Positions 19,624 through 27,945 of a stretch of DNA of 64,000 nt are shown here, piece after piece. The stretch's first letter is position 1, and every line of letters begins with the position of its first letter. The stretch comes from a virus: the IMG/VR virus record IMGVR_UViG_3300027754_000048. One strand, 5' to 3'. The position numbers and the translations under genes are program-made. The notes beneath the pieces were generated by a model that searched no databases, was not told where the DNA came from, and saw only the letters and a list, made by a program, of their open reading frames with translations.

Positions 19624-19625
19624 CG

Positions 19626-19633
19626 TATAAATA
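19626..19633 (+). promoter_or_regulatory. T4-type late promoter TATAAATA
   Basis: Exact consensus 19 bp upstream of ATG 19652. Confidence 0.75.
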
Positions 19634-19651
19634 GAATAAAGCAGCTTTACT

Positions 19652-20980
19652 ATGTTTAAAGTACTGTCAAAGAAAGAAATCTACGACCAGACTAGTCTAT
19701 CCTTTGTATTTGAATTTTTCACTCCACTCAATAAAAGAGAGGTCGCTGCAAAATTTGCACGTTCGCTTGGTAAGAAAATTAAGTGGTTTACTGAGGTTTC
19801 ACCGAGCTTTGAACCGACGTGTGAAACATTTAAAGTGTCGCCAACCTATTCAAACGGATATAAAGAGATAACTCTATCTACTGGATTCATGCCATATCAA
19901 GAAGCAATGCACATGTTTCTAAAGACCATGAATATTATTGATACTATAGGTTTTACGACAGATCGCTGCGCAGTACAGACCAGCCTAAAAATGAATGAAC
20001 GTGATCTTGGATTGCAGTCAGGTCTTAGTAAACTTAATCGTTTTAAATATTTACTAGGAATAAATGAAGCAGATCTTTTTGAAATGTGGCCTTCTACTGA
20101 AAATGAGCGTAACATAATCTATCAGAATCACTTGCAATTTATACAGCCTAGGGAAATATACAATACTGTAATAACCGAAGGTTTTATTGAAAAAATGGAT
20201 CCTACTGAATTTTCTTTTCCAGAATCAGATTTTTTTGCAAATGATTTTTCTCATTTAGGTGAAAGTTATTTAACGCTAAGATACATCTCTGGAAAAGACT
20301 ATACTAAAAAGAAAAAAGAGTCTGTTTCTACTATTAATATAGTGATCGAACACGTATATGAAACTCTAAAGAATAACTATTCATATACTACCGAGGAAAA
20401 ATCAAAAATTTCAAAAATAGTAAATGAATTTAGGAACTCAATAGATGGAACTAGAAGCTACTTCAACTTTAAAGCGCTATATCCAAATATTGCAATATAC
20501 ATTGATCTTAAACCAGATAGACAGCTCATTGAGGCAAATTATACTATCCTAAGAGAAAAAATATTTAAACTGATTGTCGGAGGAGGTATTTCAGAAGGAA
20601 TCATAAATTACGATACTAGAAGAAAGGTTTTACAGATAAAGGATGCTGAAATCAAAAAAAGTATCCTAGTTGAAGGTATTGAATTCTATCAGTGCAAAAT
20701 TGAAGCAGATTCCAAAAACTGTTTGTTTGAGAATTGTGCTATCAAGAATTCAAAACTAGTTGAATGCACGATCTTTTCAAACAATGTTATAAAGAGTTCA
20801 AAGATAATCAATTGTGATTATTTAGGAGAAGCAAATGAGATCTTTTCTAGTTATTTAGATAACGCTCCAAAGAAAATGATAAACGCTCACCTAAGTGAAT
20901 GTCTAGTAAAACATGGAAATTTTACTCTAAATTCAACAATTGACGATAAAACAAAAATCTTAGATAGAATCAAGAGATAA
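19652..20980 (+). CDS. Degenerate COOH-NH2 ligase type 2 (amidoligase)-like protein with C-terminal beta-helix-like repeats
   Basis: SFVFEFF...FKVSPTYSNG..ITLSTGFMPYQEA...GFTTDRCAVQTSL follows the amidoligase layout with altered catalytic positions; TATAAATA at 19626-19633. Confidence 0.55.
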   Translation: MFKVLSKKEIYDQTSLSFVFEFFTPLNKREVAAKFARSLGKKIKWFTEVSPSFEPTCETFKVSPTYSNGYKEITLSTGFMPYQEAMHMFLKTMNIIDTIGFTTDRCAVQTSLKMNERDLGLQSGLSKLNRFKYLLGINEADLFEMWPSTENERNIIYQNHLQFIQPREIYNTVITEGFIEKMDPTEFSFPESDFFANDFSHLGESYLTLRYISGKDYTKKKKESVSTINIVIEHVYETLKNNYSYTTEEKSKISKIVNEFRNSIDGTRSYFNFKALYPNIAIYIDLKPDRQLIEANYTILREKIFKLIVGGGISEGIINYDTRRKVLQIKDAEIKKSILVEGIEFYQCKIEADSKNCLFENCAIKNSKLVECTIFSNNVIKSSKIINCDYLGEANEIFSSYLDNAPKKMINAHLSECLVKHGNFTLNSTIDDKTKILDRIKR

Positions 20981-21039
20981 CGTGTATTCATCTAAGCTCT
21001 CTAAAACATTAATAAATAATAAAAATAATTAGTCGCTAA

Positions 21040-22506
21040 ATGTCTGTTTATGCTAACTTAGAAGCTATACGAAGACTTACTAATGCGAGCTTGACGTCTA
21101 TCATAGACATCACTAACTTAAACTTTATGAATCTCTCAGATGGGGTTTTAGAGTTTTTGGGAAACATTAGCTATGATGAGACAACGAATAGCTTCCAAGC
21201 ATATAAGGGAACGTTTGAATTTGTAGAAATCACCGATACTCTTACCTTGTCAACTGGTGGCACAACAACTCTAACAATTGACTCGCTAGGCCGTATAAAC
21301 GGTCAGGAAATTTTAATAAAGGTCGCTGAAACAAAACGACTACGTTTAACTGATTTTAATGATTGGCCGGAAATTGGAGTTCCTGGTGAAATAATTTACA
21401 CAGGAGTACAAAATCAAAAACCTGAATTTGGAGAAGATTTTATTGGATATTTACAGGGAACAGGCTGGGTAAGTCTAACTGGCCAAAGCGGCTCAGGATT
21501 TATTACATTAACTGAACTGAATACGAGTCCACCGATACCTCCAAATCCAGGAAACAATCAAGGAATTATTTGGATAGGTCCTCCAGGATATCAGACCGCA
21601 TATACCCCAACCTCACAAACTGTTTATTACACTGATGAAAATGGTCAGATTTTTGACTTAGTTATAGGCAATGGCGGTTCGCCAGGTGGAGGAAGTACAT
21701 CAGGCTGTTCGTTTATAGGAATCTATAACTTTGCAGCAAACTTACCTCTCACCATTGTACACAATCTTAATTCAACAGATCTTTTAGTTCAATTGATCGA
21801 CCAGAGTACAAATGAACTGATTGATGCATATGTTGATAATTATCAACTAAATAGCTTAGATATAACTACTTCGCAAACAATTAACAATGTCAAATTATTG
21901 GTAATTGTGGTTGATTGCACTGGGCAAGGTTCAATAGAAATTAGTGAGGCAGGTACGCCAATTGTGCCAATAGTAACTACTGTTAATTTTATTGGTGATG
22001 GAGTGATAGTGACCGATGCTGGTGGAGGAGTCGCTGACGTTACTATTGCTGGAGGAGCATATGGAAACAAAAAGAATATCCCTTTTGGAACCACGATCAA
22101 CGTTTTACAAGATTATCAATATTGGATTTATGGAAATCTAACGATCTCTGGAATCATGAATAATTACGGCGAAGTCGTTATTGCAAACGGCACGCTGGTT
22201 CTACAGCCAGGCGGACAATTTAATTTATTGGGATCAGGTATATTACTTTTTGTAAATCTTTCAACTGGAGTGAGTATGCAAACAGTCATTCAAAACTTTA
22301 CGACTATTGCAAATACTCCTCTTACAATAAATCATGGACTAGGCACAATGGATATTGTTTATAGCGTACGCGAAAATACTAATTTCTCTCCATCTGGTCC
22401 AGACATAACTATCGAAGTTGATCTCATCTTCTTAGATGATAATAATATCTCAATCACCACTACTGGTAACGTTGAGGGAACAATTGTGCTCCAAGCAAAA
22501 CTATAA
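21040..22506 (+). CDS. Virion/tail-associated protein with two H-x-L repeat domains
   Basis: LTIVHNLNSTDLLVQLID and LTINHGLGTMDIVYSVRE domains, common in tail proteins; AATAAATA at 21011-21018. Confidence 0.6.
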   Translation: MSVYANLEAIRRLTNASLTSIIDITNLNFMNLSDGVLEFLGNISYDETTNSFQAYKGTFEFVEITDTLTLSTGGTTTLTIDSLGRINGQEILIKVAETKRLRLTDFNDWPEIGVPGEIIYTGVQNQKPEFGEDFIGYLQGTGWVSLTGQSGSGFITLTELNTSPPIPPNPGNNQGIIWIGPPGYQTAYTPTSQTVYYTDENGQIFDLVIGNGGSPGGGSTSGCSFIGIYNFAANLPLTIVHNLNSTDLLVQLIDQSTNELIDAYVDNYQLNSLDITTSQTINNVKLLVIVVDCTGQGSIEISEAGTPIVPIVTTVNFIGDGVIVTDAGGGVADVTIAGGAYGNKKNIPFGTTINVLQDYQYWIYGNLTISGIMNNYGEVVIANGTLVLQPGGQFNLLGSGILLFVNLSTGVSMQTVIQNFTTIANTPLTINHGLGTMDIVYSVRENTNFSPSGPDITIEVDLIFLDDNNISITTTGNVEGTIVLQAKL

Positions 22507-22519
22507 AAAATAAGAAGCA

Positions 22520-24925
22520 ATGGCAGATAAGTTAATTTACAGTGACGTTGAAATAGTAGGTGAATTAAAAGCCGAAAAACTAACAATTCTCGGTCAATTT
22601 ACGTTTCCACTAATCGATGGACTCGCAGGTCAATTAATTTCAACAGACGGTTCAGGAAATCTTTCATTTGTAAATATTAGCGCAATTGCGCTCACCGCAA
22701 GTTCTATCTTAAATGGAACTGGTTTGACGTGGACCTACAATTCAATTGCTGGAACTTTACAAGGAGACGTTTCATTATCTGTATTTTCAACATCTGATTT
22801 ACCAGAAGGAACAAATCTTTACTTTACTAATGAAAGAACAGACGACAGAGTTGCTTCTCTATTAAATACTGGTCTTACTGGAACAGGCGCAAACAGCGTT
22901 ACTTGGCAGTATGACGATGCGGCAAACACGTTACGTCCAATAATATCGCTTACTCCATTCAACACAGATGCCCTGTCAGAAGGCATATCCAATCTTTATT
23001 TCACAGACGAGCGAGTAGACGATAGAGTCTCAGCCTTGCTTAGAACTGGACTTAAAGGAAGCGGCCCAAGTTCTATTACATGGGCATATAACGATTCGCT
23101 AGGTCGACTTACACCTACTGTTTCTCTTACTCCATTCAACACTGGAGACCTAAGCGAAGGAGCTAACCTTTATTTCACAGATGAAAGAGTAGACGATCGT
23201 GTTTCAAATTTGATTCAAGACTCTGCGAGTATTACATGGACATATAATGATCTCTCAAATACGTTAACCGCAGATGCAGATATTAAAATTTCTGTAGAAG
23301 ATGACGGAACTGCCGTTGGCACACAAGGAACTTTAAATTTTTTACCTACGCCTAGTGCTACTTGGACCTTTAACAATGACACACTCAATAATAGAATTGA
23401 AATAGGAGTAACTACAGCATCGAGTGATGCAGTAATTATTCAAGACACCTTAGCTGGAACAACTGTTCGTAAAGATCTAAACAATTCAGCTAGCGCATAT
23501 GGCGCAACCGTTAGTGGAGGTTATAATAATACTGCAAGCGGAGGCTATTCAACTGTAAACGGAGGCTATAATAATACTGCAAGTGGATGCTATTCAACTG
23601 TAAGCGGAGGTTATGATAATACTGCAAGTTGCGAATATTCAACGGTCAGTGGAGGTTACAGTAATAGTGCAAGTGGATACTACTCAAGTGTCGGCGGTGG
23701 CTGTAACAATACTTCAAGTAATGATTACGCTTTCGTTGGAAACGGTAGGTCTAATACTGCCTCTGGCAACCATTCTGCAGTGGTAAGCGGAAGAAATAAT
23801 GTAGTAAGCTGCTGTTATTCTTCTATTGGAGGCGGTTGTGGAAATATTATTAGTGGAACATATTCCGTAATTGCTGGTGGCAAAGCTAATGAATCAGATA
23901 GCGGCACATCAACTATATCTGGAGGGTGTTCGAATTGTACTACTAGTTTCTTCAGCACAGTTGGTGGAGGTAGAAACAATTGTGCAAATGGTCAAGATTC
24001 AACTATTTCTGGAGGATATCTTAATTATACTGATGGAACTGGAACAGTCGTTGCCGGTGGTAGAAATAACTGTGCAACCTGTGCTAGATCTACAGTTGGA
24101 GGAGGCAAAAATAATAGTGCATTAAATATTACAACAACCATTAGCGGTGGATATGGAAATTCTGCAAGTGGTCAAAATTCAACAGTTAGCGGAGGATATT
24201 GTAACACTGCAAGTGGATATGCAACTGTTATTTCTGGAGGCAGACTTAATTGTGCACTTGGAATAAGATCAACGATAAGTGGAGGATATTGCAATAGCGC
24301 ATCTGGATATTATAGCATAATAAGCGGAGGAAAGTTAAACAGTGCAGAAGGTCCTTCTTCTTCCATTACCGGAGGTTGTTTAAACACAGCGGTAGGAAAT
24401 TATTCTATTGTGCTCGGAGGTAGAGGAAACGTTTCAACTGGAGATATTTCAACGGCCAGCGGATATTACGCTCATTCTACTCGTTATGGAGAAGTAGCTC
24501 GTTCAAGCGGAATCTTTAATTTTCCAGGAGATGCTCAACATGTTTCAGCTTTAGCTAGAGCAGAATTTTTGGCATCTTCAACTGACGTTTTATACTTAAA
24601 TCAATTAGGAGCTAGATTCGATGTTCAGCAGAACAGTATTTTTTCAGGAACGTTAAATATAGTAGGTATCTCAGACGATGGCTTAACTTCAGTTAGATTC
24701 CTACGCCAGGTAACTATTCAAAACCTTGGAGGAACAACTACGCTAGTCGGATCAGTCATTACATTAGGTACAGACGAGGATGCAAGTGCAGCAGTGTCAG
24801 TTGCAGTTACGGCAAATGACTTAAACGATTTTTTAAAGATTGAGGTCGCAGTAGGTGCAATCTCAGGAACGTACTTGAGAGTTCTTGCTCATATCGATGG
24901 AGTAGAAATCAGGTTAACTTCTTAA
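22520..24925 (+). CDS. Tail fibre/adhesin with NLYFT repeats and beta-solenoid repeats
   Basis: Three about 59-aa SEG-NLYFTDER-DDRV repeats, then 22 x 15-aa ASGxYSTVSGGYxNT repeats and a globular C-terminus. Confidence 0.75.
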   Translation: MADKLIYSDVEIVGELKAEKLTILGQFTFPLIDGLAGQLISTDGSGNLSFVNISAIALTASSILNGTGLTWTYNSIAGTLQGDVSLSVFSTSDLPEGTNLYFTNERTDDRVASLLNTGLTGTGANSVTWQYDDAANTLRPIISLTPFNTDALSEGISNLYFTDERVDDRVSALLRTGLKGSGPSSITWAYNDSLGRLTPTVSLTPFNTGDLSEGANLYFTDERVDDRVSNLIQDSASITWTYNDLSNTLTADADIKISVEDDGTAVGTQGTLNFLPTPSATWTFNNDTLNNRIEIGVTTASSDAVIIQDTLAGTTVRKDLNNSASAYGATVSGGYNNTASGGYSTVNGGYNNTASGCYSTVSGGYDNTASCEYSTVSGGYSNSASGYYSSVGGGCNNTSSNDYAFVGNGRSNTASGNHSAVVSGRNNVVSCCYSSIGGGCGNIISGTYSVIAGGKANESDSGTSTISGGCSNCTTSFFSTVGGGRNNCANGQDSTISGGYLNYTDGTGTVVAGGRNNCATCARSTVGGGKNNSALNITTTISGGYGNSASGQNSTVSGGYCNTASGYATVISGGRLNCALGIRSTISGGYCNSASGYYSIISGGKLNSAEGPSSSITGGCLNTAVGNYSIVLGGRGNVSTGDISTASGYYAHSTRYGEVARSSGIFNFPGDAQHVSALARAEFLASSTDVLYLNQLGARFDVQQNSIFSGTLNIVGISDDGLTSVRFLRQVTIQNLGGTTTLVGSVITLGTDEDASAAVSVAVTANDLNDFLKIEVAVGAISGTYLRVLAHIDGVEIRLTS
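22789..23274 (+). repeat. Three about 59-aa NLYFT(D/N)ER.DDRV fibre repeats
   Basis: DLPEGTNLYFTNERTDDRV / ALSEGISNLYFTDERVDDRV / DLSEGANLYFTDERVDDRV; boundaries approximate. Confidence 0.85.
23489..24478 (+). repeat. 22 tandem 45-bp (15-aa) solenoid repeats
   Basis: ASAYGATVSGGYNNT, ASGGYSTVNGGYNNT, ASGCYSTVSGGYDNT ...; the first units are nearly identical at DNA level. Confidence 0.9.
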
Positions 24926-25470
24926 TTGAAGTCTAATTCAACATCAAATTTAAAGTATTGGAATTTTGCCTGAAAGGTTTTAAAATCAGGCGTGTTTGAA
25001 CTATATGATAGTTTAAATCCATCCTGTCCTTTGAGTAACGGATCGACAAAAATGATTGATGCTACTAAATATCCTTGATTGTCCATTAGTGATAATCTAA
25101 TTGGATCGTATACTTGTTTTTTATTGTCAAAATCTAAAAATTCTAAACTGTTTTCCAAAAAGATAAAATAGTTTAGGTATGCGTCTGTCATCTTAAACGT
25201 AATGGTAAACTCTCTAGTAAAGTTATCGATTACTGGAATAGAACTCTTATACTCTTGTCTTTTACCTAAGGGACGAGTCTGTTGAGCCAGAGTCATAGTC
25301 CATCCAGGAAAATCAATAGATTGAATAGTTGAAGACATAAAGTCTTCAATCGTATCATAAGGTAAAATTAGGCTTTGATAGTACTTTTTGTACTTTTCCT
25401 TTACTTTATTTGAAAAATAGGTTGGAGGAAAGGTTATGATAAAACCATTTTGCCTGACGTTAAGTAACAT
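24922..25470 (-). CDS. Tail tube-like protein (gp19/gp54 family)
   Basis: STIQSIDFPG...REFTITFKMTD...IRLSLMDNQG..VASIIF...F.YF beta-sandwich pattern typical of tube proteins. Confidence 0.55.
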   Translation of the reverse strand: MLLNVRQNGFIITFPPTYFSNKVKEKYKKYYQSLILPYDTIEDFMSSTIQSIDFPGWTMTLAQQTRPLGKRQEYKSSIPVIDNFTREFTITFKMTDAYLNYFIFLENSLEFLDFDNKKQVYDPIRLSLMDNQGYLVASIIFVDPLLKGQDGFKLSYSSNTPDFKTFQAKFQYFKFDVELDFN

Positions 25471-25473
25471 AGA

Positions 25474-25713
25474 TTATCCCTTTACTTTTTTAACATTTGC
25501 CCAAGACTTACTTGGACTCGCTGAGTTTACTCTAGCCATTGCCCATTGGTGAGCAGACATTCCTGGTCTAGAACCAGAAGAGTAAAATGCGCCTAGACCT
25601 TTAATATACTCCTGTTTTAAGTCAGAAAAAGAATATCCTTTTTTAGTTGCTACTGGACACGAATCTGTGCCTTGTTCCAATATTAGATATTGATTAAATT
25701 TTAAAACGCTCAT
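25474..25713 (-). CDS. Conserved small phage protein (GSRPG..QWAMARVN motif, DUF5824-like)
   Basis: LKQEYIKGLGAFYSSGSRPGMSAHQWAMARVNS. Confidence 0.65.
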   Translation of the reverse strand: MSVLKFNQYLILEQGTDSCPVATKKGYSFSDLKQEYIKGLGAFYSSGSRPGMSAHQWAMARVNSASPSKSWANVKKVKG

Positions 25714-25716
25714 TCT

Positions 25717-25983
25717 TTAAGATATTTTTACTATTTTTATTTCTAAATTTCCATTACCTTTTATTAATCGATGCCACTCTCCAGCTTTTATTTTTACTGA
25801 AGAGTTTAAGTCAGTTGGTAGTTCATTTTCAAGTTGAATTTTCCAATCACTATGTTCAGTTGCTTCAATTATTCTGGCTTCTTCGTCTCGGTGCCACATA
25901 AATTCACTAAAATCAGTTATTTGACTGAATGTTCTGGTAAATCCATTATCACTTAATTTAGTTTCTTTGAATGGAAGTATCAT
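25717..25983 (-). CDS. Small cupin-like phage protein
   Basis: WHRD...WKIQLENELP...EWHRLIKG motifs recurrent in T4-like myoviruses. Confidence 0.65.
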   Translation of the reverse strand: MILPFKETKLSDNGFTRTFSQITDFSEFMWHRDEEARIIEATEHSDWKIQLENELPTDLNSSVKIKAGEWHRLIKGNGNLEIKIVKIS

Positions 25984-25991
25984 TATTATAT

Positions 25992-26546
25992 TTACTTTTT
26001 TATAAAAAAATCTAATTCTTTTTTATCAAGGTCATCAATTGGTGTAATTTTAGTAACTGGACTTCCTAAATGGTAATTCTTAAGTGAGAAATTATTATCA
26101 TGTAGGCTGTATTCTACTATATTATATCCAATTTTTGGTTTATCAACACAATTAAAGACCAATGGTGAATCTTTTCCAAATTTTGGATAAGCATCTAACA
26201 TATTACCAATTACCCATTTACCATCTTTTATTATATAAATCTTAACTTTATTATTCTCAACGTGTATTCCTATATTTGATAGTCTCATACCCTTATTCGT
26301 TAGGTGTAAAACCGAGTTTGCTTCATTCTCAAATTCTGGATCTATAAAAAAAGAATTTTGATGCCACTTTTTTAGACCTTTATCCTCACCTCCAGTCATA
26401 GCATGATCTGACTTCCACCGTTTTGTCTCTCCTTTATCAGTCATTAAGTATTTTGAACCTTGTCCAGTCTCTAAATATGTAATAACTTTATTACCTGTAG
26501 TTGAGGTAATGGATTCAAATAATTGATATTGTTGTAAGTATTTCAT
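25992..26546 (-). CDS. Hypothetical protein with capsid-targeting-like N-terminus
   Basis: MKYLQQYQLFES leader. Confidence 0.65.
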   Translation of the reverse strand: MKYLQQYQLFESITSTTGNKVITYLETGQGSKYLMTDKGETKRWKSDHAMTGGEDKGLKKWHQNSFFIDPEFENEANSVLHLTNKGMRLSNIGIHVENNKVKIYIIKDGKWVIGNMLDAYPKFGKDSPLVFNCVDKPKIGYNIVEYSLHDNNFSLKNYHLGSPVTKITPIDDLDKKELDFFIKK

Positions 26547-26558
26547 TATTTATATTAT

Positions 26559-27146
26559 TTACCAGAATCCAGGATAAGTTTTTCCGCCCCAAAGATGAGC
26601 ATATCGATTTATTCTACATGCCCAATAGCCAGCAGTAGTACGATCTGTTTTTTCAGCACATCTATGTCTAGCAGCAAATGATTTTCGAGCTTTAGGATTA
26701 CTTACCTTTGCAGTAAGACCTCCATGTACATCACCAAAGGAGATTAGTTTAACTCGGCCAGTCTTGGGATTTAACACATACACGTGATATTTCTTAGCTC
26801 CACCGCGCTGAGGCTTACCAATTTGGACCTCTTTTCCTTTGTATTCTGCTTCATTAAGATCAGTATTTTCAAATACAAAATCTAATGGAACTCTAACATC
26901 ATAATAGGTTCCAAATCTACCAAGATCAGTTTCCTCAAACAGTAAATTATCGTTGAATCCAAGAGATATTTTTCCAGAGTCGTGTAATGATCGAGCTTCT
27001 TCTAGTAGCCATAAATGAGCGTCACTACCTGGTCTAAAGACAGACTCAGTAATCGACAAATCATTATCAATGTGGTATTGTAATTTGGGCGATACTACTA
27101 AGTTTTCGCCTATAAATCGAGTAAAGCTTTTTAATCTAGTTTCCAT
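26559..27146 (-). CDS. Conserved myovirus protein with basic C-terminal domain
   Basis: LNEAEYKGKEVQIGKP...KYHVYV...SFGD...ARKSFAARHRC...AGYWAC, a domain seen in T4-like cyanophages. Confidence 0.7.
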   Translation of the reverse strand: METRLKSFTRFIGENLVVSPKLQYHIDNDLSITESVFRPGSDAHLWLLEEARSLHDSGKISLGFNDNLLFEETDLGRFGTYYDVRVPLDFVFENTDLNEAEYKGKEVQIGKPQRGGAKKYHVYVLNPKTGRVKLISFGDVHGGLTAKVSNPKARKSFAARHRCAEKTDRTTAGYWACRINRYAHLWGGKTYPGFW

Positions 27147-27156
27147 ATACTATTAT

Positions 27157-27942
27157 TTATTCACTTGGAGGAAAATCTTCGTCTATAAAAGAATCTGAAA
27201 TAGGTGCATTTGACCCAGCTTGATTCTCACGTAGATTAAATTGATGGATAGTGTTTCCTTTATAGAAAGTAGAATAATCGTCAAAGCTAGGAAAATAGGT
27301 TTCCATGTCTAGATTCATAGTAATTGCGACTATCGTGTTATCAGTATAGGTAAAATTATAATTCTTTTGGATATCTGCACTCTCTGGAAAAGTAACTTGC
27401 GCAGGTATCCTAATTCCTCTGTACTGAAAATATCTTACTTGATTCTTGTAGTAAAAATCAAATATTTTTTCGACGATCTTGAAGGTTTTATTTAGATTAT
27501 CGCTTTCTATTTTTACCGAATACTTTAGGGTCATAGGTAATGTAAAAAGGCGAGAAGAATAAGCCTTCATCCTTTTCTGATCATTTAGATCCCTTTCTTC
27601 TTGGGTAAATGTTCCTCTAACAAACTTGTTAGTTACGTCCCCAGAACGAATAGAAAAGGAGCTGAGGGTAACTATACCTCTAGGCATCTTTTCATAGTTT
27701 CCTTCTGCAAAATTTGGATATTTACAGTCAGTTGGGAGCTCCATGAAAAAATCTTTCATGAATCCTTCGTCTCCGCCAAAGTTATAGAAAAACGGAATCT
27801 CATATTTCTCAATTTTATCGTTTCTCTTTAGATCAATGATCACGTTACTATTCAATAGATCTAATAGGCTTAGCGTTGCATTTCGCATAAAAATGTCTTG
27901 GACATTTTCATTTCTAATATTTTCCTGATTTACATTCTGCAT
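27157..27942 (-). CDS. gp15: Tail terminator/sheath stabiliser (T4 gp15-like)
   Basis: IPFFYNFG, MPRGIVTL, PMTLKYSVKI...FKIVEKIFDFY, LDMETYF; adjacent to the gp14-like gene. Confidence 0.6.
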   Translation of the reverse strand: MQNVNQENIRNENVQDIFMRNATLSLLDLLNSNVIIDLKRNDKIEKYEIPFFYNFGGDEGFMKDFFMELPTDCKYPNFAEGNYEKMPRGIVTLSSFSIRSGDVTNKFVRGTFTQEERDLNDQKRMKAYSSRLFTLPMTLKYSVKIESDNLNKTFKIVEKIFDFYYKNQVRYFQYRGIRIPAQVTFPESADIQKNYNFTYTDNTIVAITMNLDMETYFPSFDDYSTFYKGNTIHQFNLRENQAGSNAPISDSFIDEDFPPSE

Positions 27943-27945
27943 CGA

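Noticed and set aside
23489-24478. Diversity-generating retroelement acting on the fibre repeats
   Set aside because: No reverse transcriptase and no template/variable repeat pair with A-specific mismatches seen.
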